DNA of 63,997 nucleotides, counting the filler, from an uncultured Methanosarcinales archaeon (GTDB taxonomy: Archaea > Nanobdellota > Nanobdellia > Woesearchaeales > CAZKBD01), in NCBI GenBank assembly GCA_964550945.1. It is 16 parts of 16 records of this genome, joined end to end, with 100 filler letters (N's around TTAATTAATTAA, not from the genome) between each part and the next. Parts side by side here need not be neighbours in the genome. Positions count along the whole stretch, not along the records: positions 60,828 to 63,997 come from CAZKBD010000137.1; 15 more parts are not named here. One strand, written 5' to 3'. Made by a program: the position numbers and the translations under genes. Positions 63,122-63,997 of this stretch are shown here, piece after piece. Position 1 is the stretch's first letter, and each line of letters starts with the position of its first letter. The notes under the pieces are model-generated. The model was given only the letters and a program-made list of their open reading frames with translations. It was not told where the DNA came from and did not search any database.

Positions 63122-63928
63122 ATGTGGAATGTTATGAACCTAAAAAATATTGAAAATAATGCAAAATACATCTCTAATTTTAGATCCATACATTGTAGTG
63201 GGTTATCTGATTTATTTATGCCAGAATCAAAATTAATTCAGTTTGATTTGGTAGATATTTACAATAAATGGAATAATTATCTAGGGAAAAAAGATTTGTC
63301 TTTCTCCAGATTTTTAAGTATTTATCATAATGATTTATTGCTCACTTATGCATTAAAGGAAGCTATCTTGTCTTTAAATAAGCTTGATGTTGAAAAATGG
63401 AAGTATAAAGAACAATTAAAAGATTGGGAAAAAATGAACCTTATGATTAAGAGCCATGAAGCCGTGTACCATCTAGTTAATTTAACAGTACTTTTACGAA
63501 TTAACTACGAGCGATTTATCCTTTGCTTACAAGAGTTATTTCAATGTAATAAGGGAAAAAAATTTGAAGCAAAAAGGAAAGCAATAATTTATAAAATTAA
63601 TGAGAAAAAGATAAATCAAAATCTTATTAAAGTGGTTGAATCTATTGATATTGGTAACATCAAAGAGTATCGTGAGAAAATAATACATAAAAGCGGCTTA
63701 TATTTTCAAGAGTTTTTTCCATCTGCCAAAAGTAATTTAGATTTTGATGTGTTCTTGAGCGAGATTAGGAACGAAATTGTTAAATTTTATATCCTAATAC
63801 AAAGATTTATTTATTGTTCCATTGGCGAAAAGCCAAAATTTAACTTAAACTATGGTCATATATCGAAGGAGGAGTTTAATAAAAGACTTAAAGAAAGTAA
63901 ATCTAAACTGTCTGAAGAAGTGAAATAA
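63122..63928 (+). CDS. Hypothetical protein with a HEPN-like R-x4-H motif
   Basis: All-helical composition with IKEYREKIIH. Confidence 0.55.
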   Translation: MWNVMNLKNIENNAKYISNFRSIHCSGLSDLFMPESKLIQFDLVDIYNKWNNYLGKKDLSFSRFLSIYHNDLLLTYALKEAILSLNKLDVEKWKYKEQLKDWEKMNLMIKSHEAVYHLVNLTVLLRINYERFILCLQELFQCNKGKKFEAKRKAIIYKINEKKINQNLIKVVESIDIGNIKEYREKIIHKSGLYFQEFFPSAKSNLDFDVFLSEIRNEIVKFYILIQRFIYCSIGEKPKFNLNYGHISKEEFNKRLKESKSKLSEEVK

Positions 63929-63997
63929 AATGGAAGACCATAATAAAGCATTAGTTGTATTTCAGAGCAAGAAAATCCGAAGAACTTGGTTTAAAGA

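Overview
About 16 short contigs joined by artificial 100-nt linkers (N-run + TTAATTAATTAA + N-run), so gene order across linkers carries no meaning. Archaeal markers (rpS17e, Alba, aIF-1A, Rpp21, Elp3, PINA ATPase, an intron-containing tRNA-Arg) alongside many bacterial-type enzymes (AspRS with GAD domain, glyA, proAB, single-chain transketolase, ADP-heptose operon) suggest a DPANN archaeon, probably Woesearchaeota-like (inference). Mobile and defence content: IS481, a complete IS6 with TIRs, MNT-HEPN and RelE/DUF2683 toxin-antitoxin (TA) pairs, and a CARF-wHTH regulator next to a YhcG nuclease. The most unusual signal is non-coding. A >=1.3 kb element (60828-62134) has two GC-rich arms that pair with each other in nested helices and loop out an intact TA operon, and a homolog of its right end lies at 35602-35679. 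Several families of small dispersed palindromic elements, some with compensatory substitutions and c-GNA-g mini-hairpins, and an 88-bp-period duplication of the tRNA 3' end also occur. All helices were found by eye and not computed.
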